64,000 bases of DNA, taken from the NCBI GenBank assembly GCA_002104945.1, contig MCFH01000068.1:186001-250000 (forward strand), read 5' to 3'. Source of the DNA: Piromyces finnis finn. Its lineage: Eukaryota; Fungi; Neocallimastigomycota. Both the position numbers and the translations under genes were made by a program. The notes below the pieces were generated by a model. It was not told where the DNA came from and searched no databases. It saw only the letters and a list, made by a program, of their open reading frames with translations. Shown here one piece after another: positions 62,001 to 64,000 of the stretch (positions are counted from its first letter, which is position 1; each line of letters begins with the position of its first letter).

Positions 62001-64000
62001 AATGATTCTAATAATGCTACAGATAATAATTCTTCCGGCAATACCACTTCAGATAATGATGCTCATGGTTTAAATTTTATTCTTAAATTATTCAACCGTA
62101 TTTGGGATGGAGACTTCCCCAACTCATGGAATGAATCCAGTATTGTTTCTATTCCTAAGAAGGGAGATTTGACAGATTGTGCTAACTATCGAGGTATATC
62201 ACTTATCAATAATGGTATTAAGTTGATTTCAAAAATTGTCACCACTAGAATCTCAGAATATGGTCTTAATAATAATTTCATTAGACTTGAACAATTTGGT
62301 TTTCGAAAAAAGGAAGAAAGTATCAGTCTTTTCATTTCAATCCAAGAAATATGCCGTAGATGTCAATTAGATAATAAAGAGACATATTTGGCCTTTTTAG
62401 ATCTCAGGAAAGCATACGATTCAGTCCCAATCGGTAATATTCTCCATAAATTAGATTGTTTAGGAATTCGAGGTAAGAGTTTACAATTTATCAAAAATTT
62501 ATATTTAACATCTAAGGCTAATGCAAAATTAGATGGAAAATTCTCGAAATTTTTTGATGTGAAGAAAGGAGTCCGTCAAGGTTGCCCACTTTCTCCTATT
62601 CTTTTTAATCTCTTTATTAATGATATTTTTAAAGAGTGCGAAGATCTAGGAGTCAGTTTAGGTGACACTCGATGCTGTGGTGGACTTTTTGCAGATGATA
62701 TAGTTATTTGTGCTCCAACAAGAGGATGCTTAAAAAAGATGCTTAGAAGAGTTAATGAATAGGCCTTGTATAATGAAATGGAATTTGGTATCCAGAAATG
62801 TTCAACGATGGTAATTCGTCCTGAATCAATAGAAAATCAGAGTAAGAGAGATCCAACATTTTACTTAACAGGACAACCCATTCCAACTACTGATTGTTAT
62901 ACTTATCTTGGTGTTCCATTTGATAAGAATCTGTCCCTTAAACCAGTTATTAAAACTCTTAATAACAAAGTTTTGAAAGGACTTTTTTCAGTCAGTAAAT
63001 TCTTAAGAAATCCTAATATTCCTATTCCCTTCAAAAAGCTAGTACTTAATTCACAAGTAATCAGCAGAGTTTCATACTTTGCACCATTACTTGGATCCAA
63101 CAAAGCTAGGTCTAGGATTGCTCAGAAGCATGTTAACAAAGGAATACGATAGGTTGCCGGAGTTCATAAAGCTGTATCGTTTATATCTTTATACTCTATC
63201 TCAAAAGATTTGAATATTCCTCCATTGTCAGCCAAATGTGCGTTAGCTCAGGTTAGATGTTTTAACAAATGGAAAAACTCGAATTGTATTATCTCACACC
63301 TTGTCAATTACATTCCTAAATTTAGAAAATATACATGGTGCAAATCAAATAGGACACTTGATAAAAAACTAAAGAAGCATGGAGATGTTAAAGCAGTTAA
63401 AAACTTTTATTGGAAAGATCTCAAAGGGAATTCAATCAAAGCGCAATATTATGATGATAATAAATTTATTGAAACTAAAGATTTCATCAAGTTATGTTAT
63501 GAGTACCCAGAGTTTGCCTATGGCTTCTACTGGTTATTGAAAGCAAGAAGCGGATACAAGTTGGATGCTAGAGTTGCCAAAGCTGCTAAATTTGTTGATC
63601 CAGTTTGTCCTAACTACTGTCCATGTTGCAAGTGTGGTGTTCAAAGTATTAAACATTGGTTATTAGATTGTCCAACATTTAGAGATATCCGTATTAAACA
63701 TTATGATTCCATAGTCCAGCTACTAAATTTTTTCAGTCAACGTAATTCCAACAGTCCTATCAATAATAATGAAAATGTTAATATCAGTAGAGATAGTAAT
63801 AATATTAATAATAATAATAATAGTAGTAATAATAATTACAATAGTAATAGTAACAATAGTAATAATAACAATAGTAATAATAACAATAGTAATAATAACA
63901 ATAGTAATAATAACAATAGTAGTAATAGAAATAATAATATTAGTAATGATAGCAATAGTGATGATAATAATTCTAATTTAGATAGTAATTTAATTAATAA
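59030..64000 (+). mobile_element. LINE right copy, an inverted duplicate of 50246-55216; runs off the window
   Basis: All mirrored ORF coordinates sum to 114246 and the translations are identical, including stops at 60180, 62760 and 63150. Confidence 0.93.

Overview
Very AT-rich eukaryotic genomic DNA, most likely from an anaerobic gut fungus (Neocallimastigomycota). This is inferred from base composition, short GT-AG introns, a scaffoldin-like Cys-repeat gene, a GDSL/SGNH esterase and a TTL-family gene. About 80% of the window is nested retroelements; letters A-Z below are my own labels. It holds two young intact Ty3/Gypsy chromoviruses (E 25929-32423, F 38496-44839), one chromovirus with inverted rather than direct termini but a valid 5-bp TSD (D 10969-16992), several decayed Gypsy copies, many solo LTRs whose TSDs can be read, Copia scraps, a tRNA-headed SINE (two copies), and two apparently identical single-ORF LINEs in inverted orientation around an intronless TTL gene. 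Main observations: (1) Tf1-like tRNA-independent self-priming signals in three LTR families, with a covarying U5-leader stem that has a CC/CC loop; (2) element D has the structure expected from fold-back at that self-priming site; (3) small LTRs carry a tRNA-like A-box/B-box cassette, and the 4-bp-TSD element Z has inserted at exactly the same distance upstream of two different such cassettes; (4) the SINE shares 3' sequence with the local LINE. All comparisons were made by eye; no searches or alignments were run.
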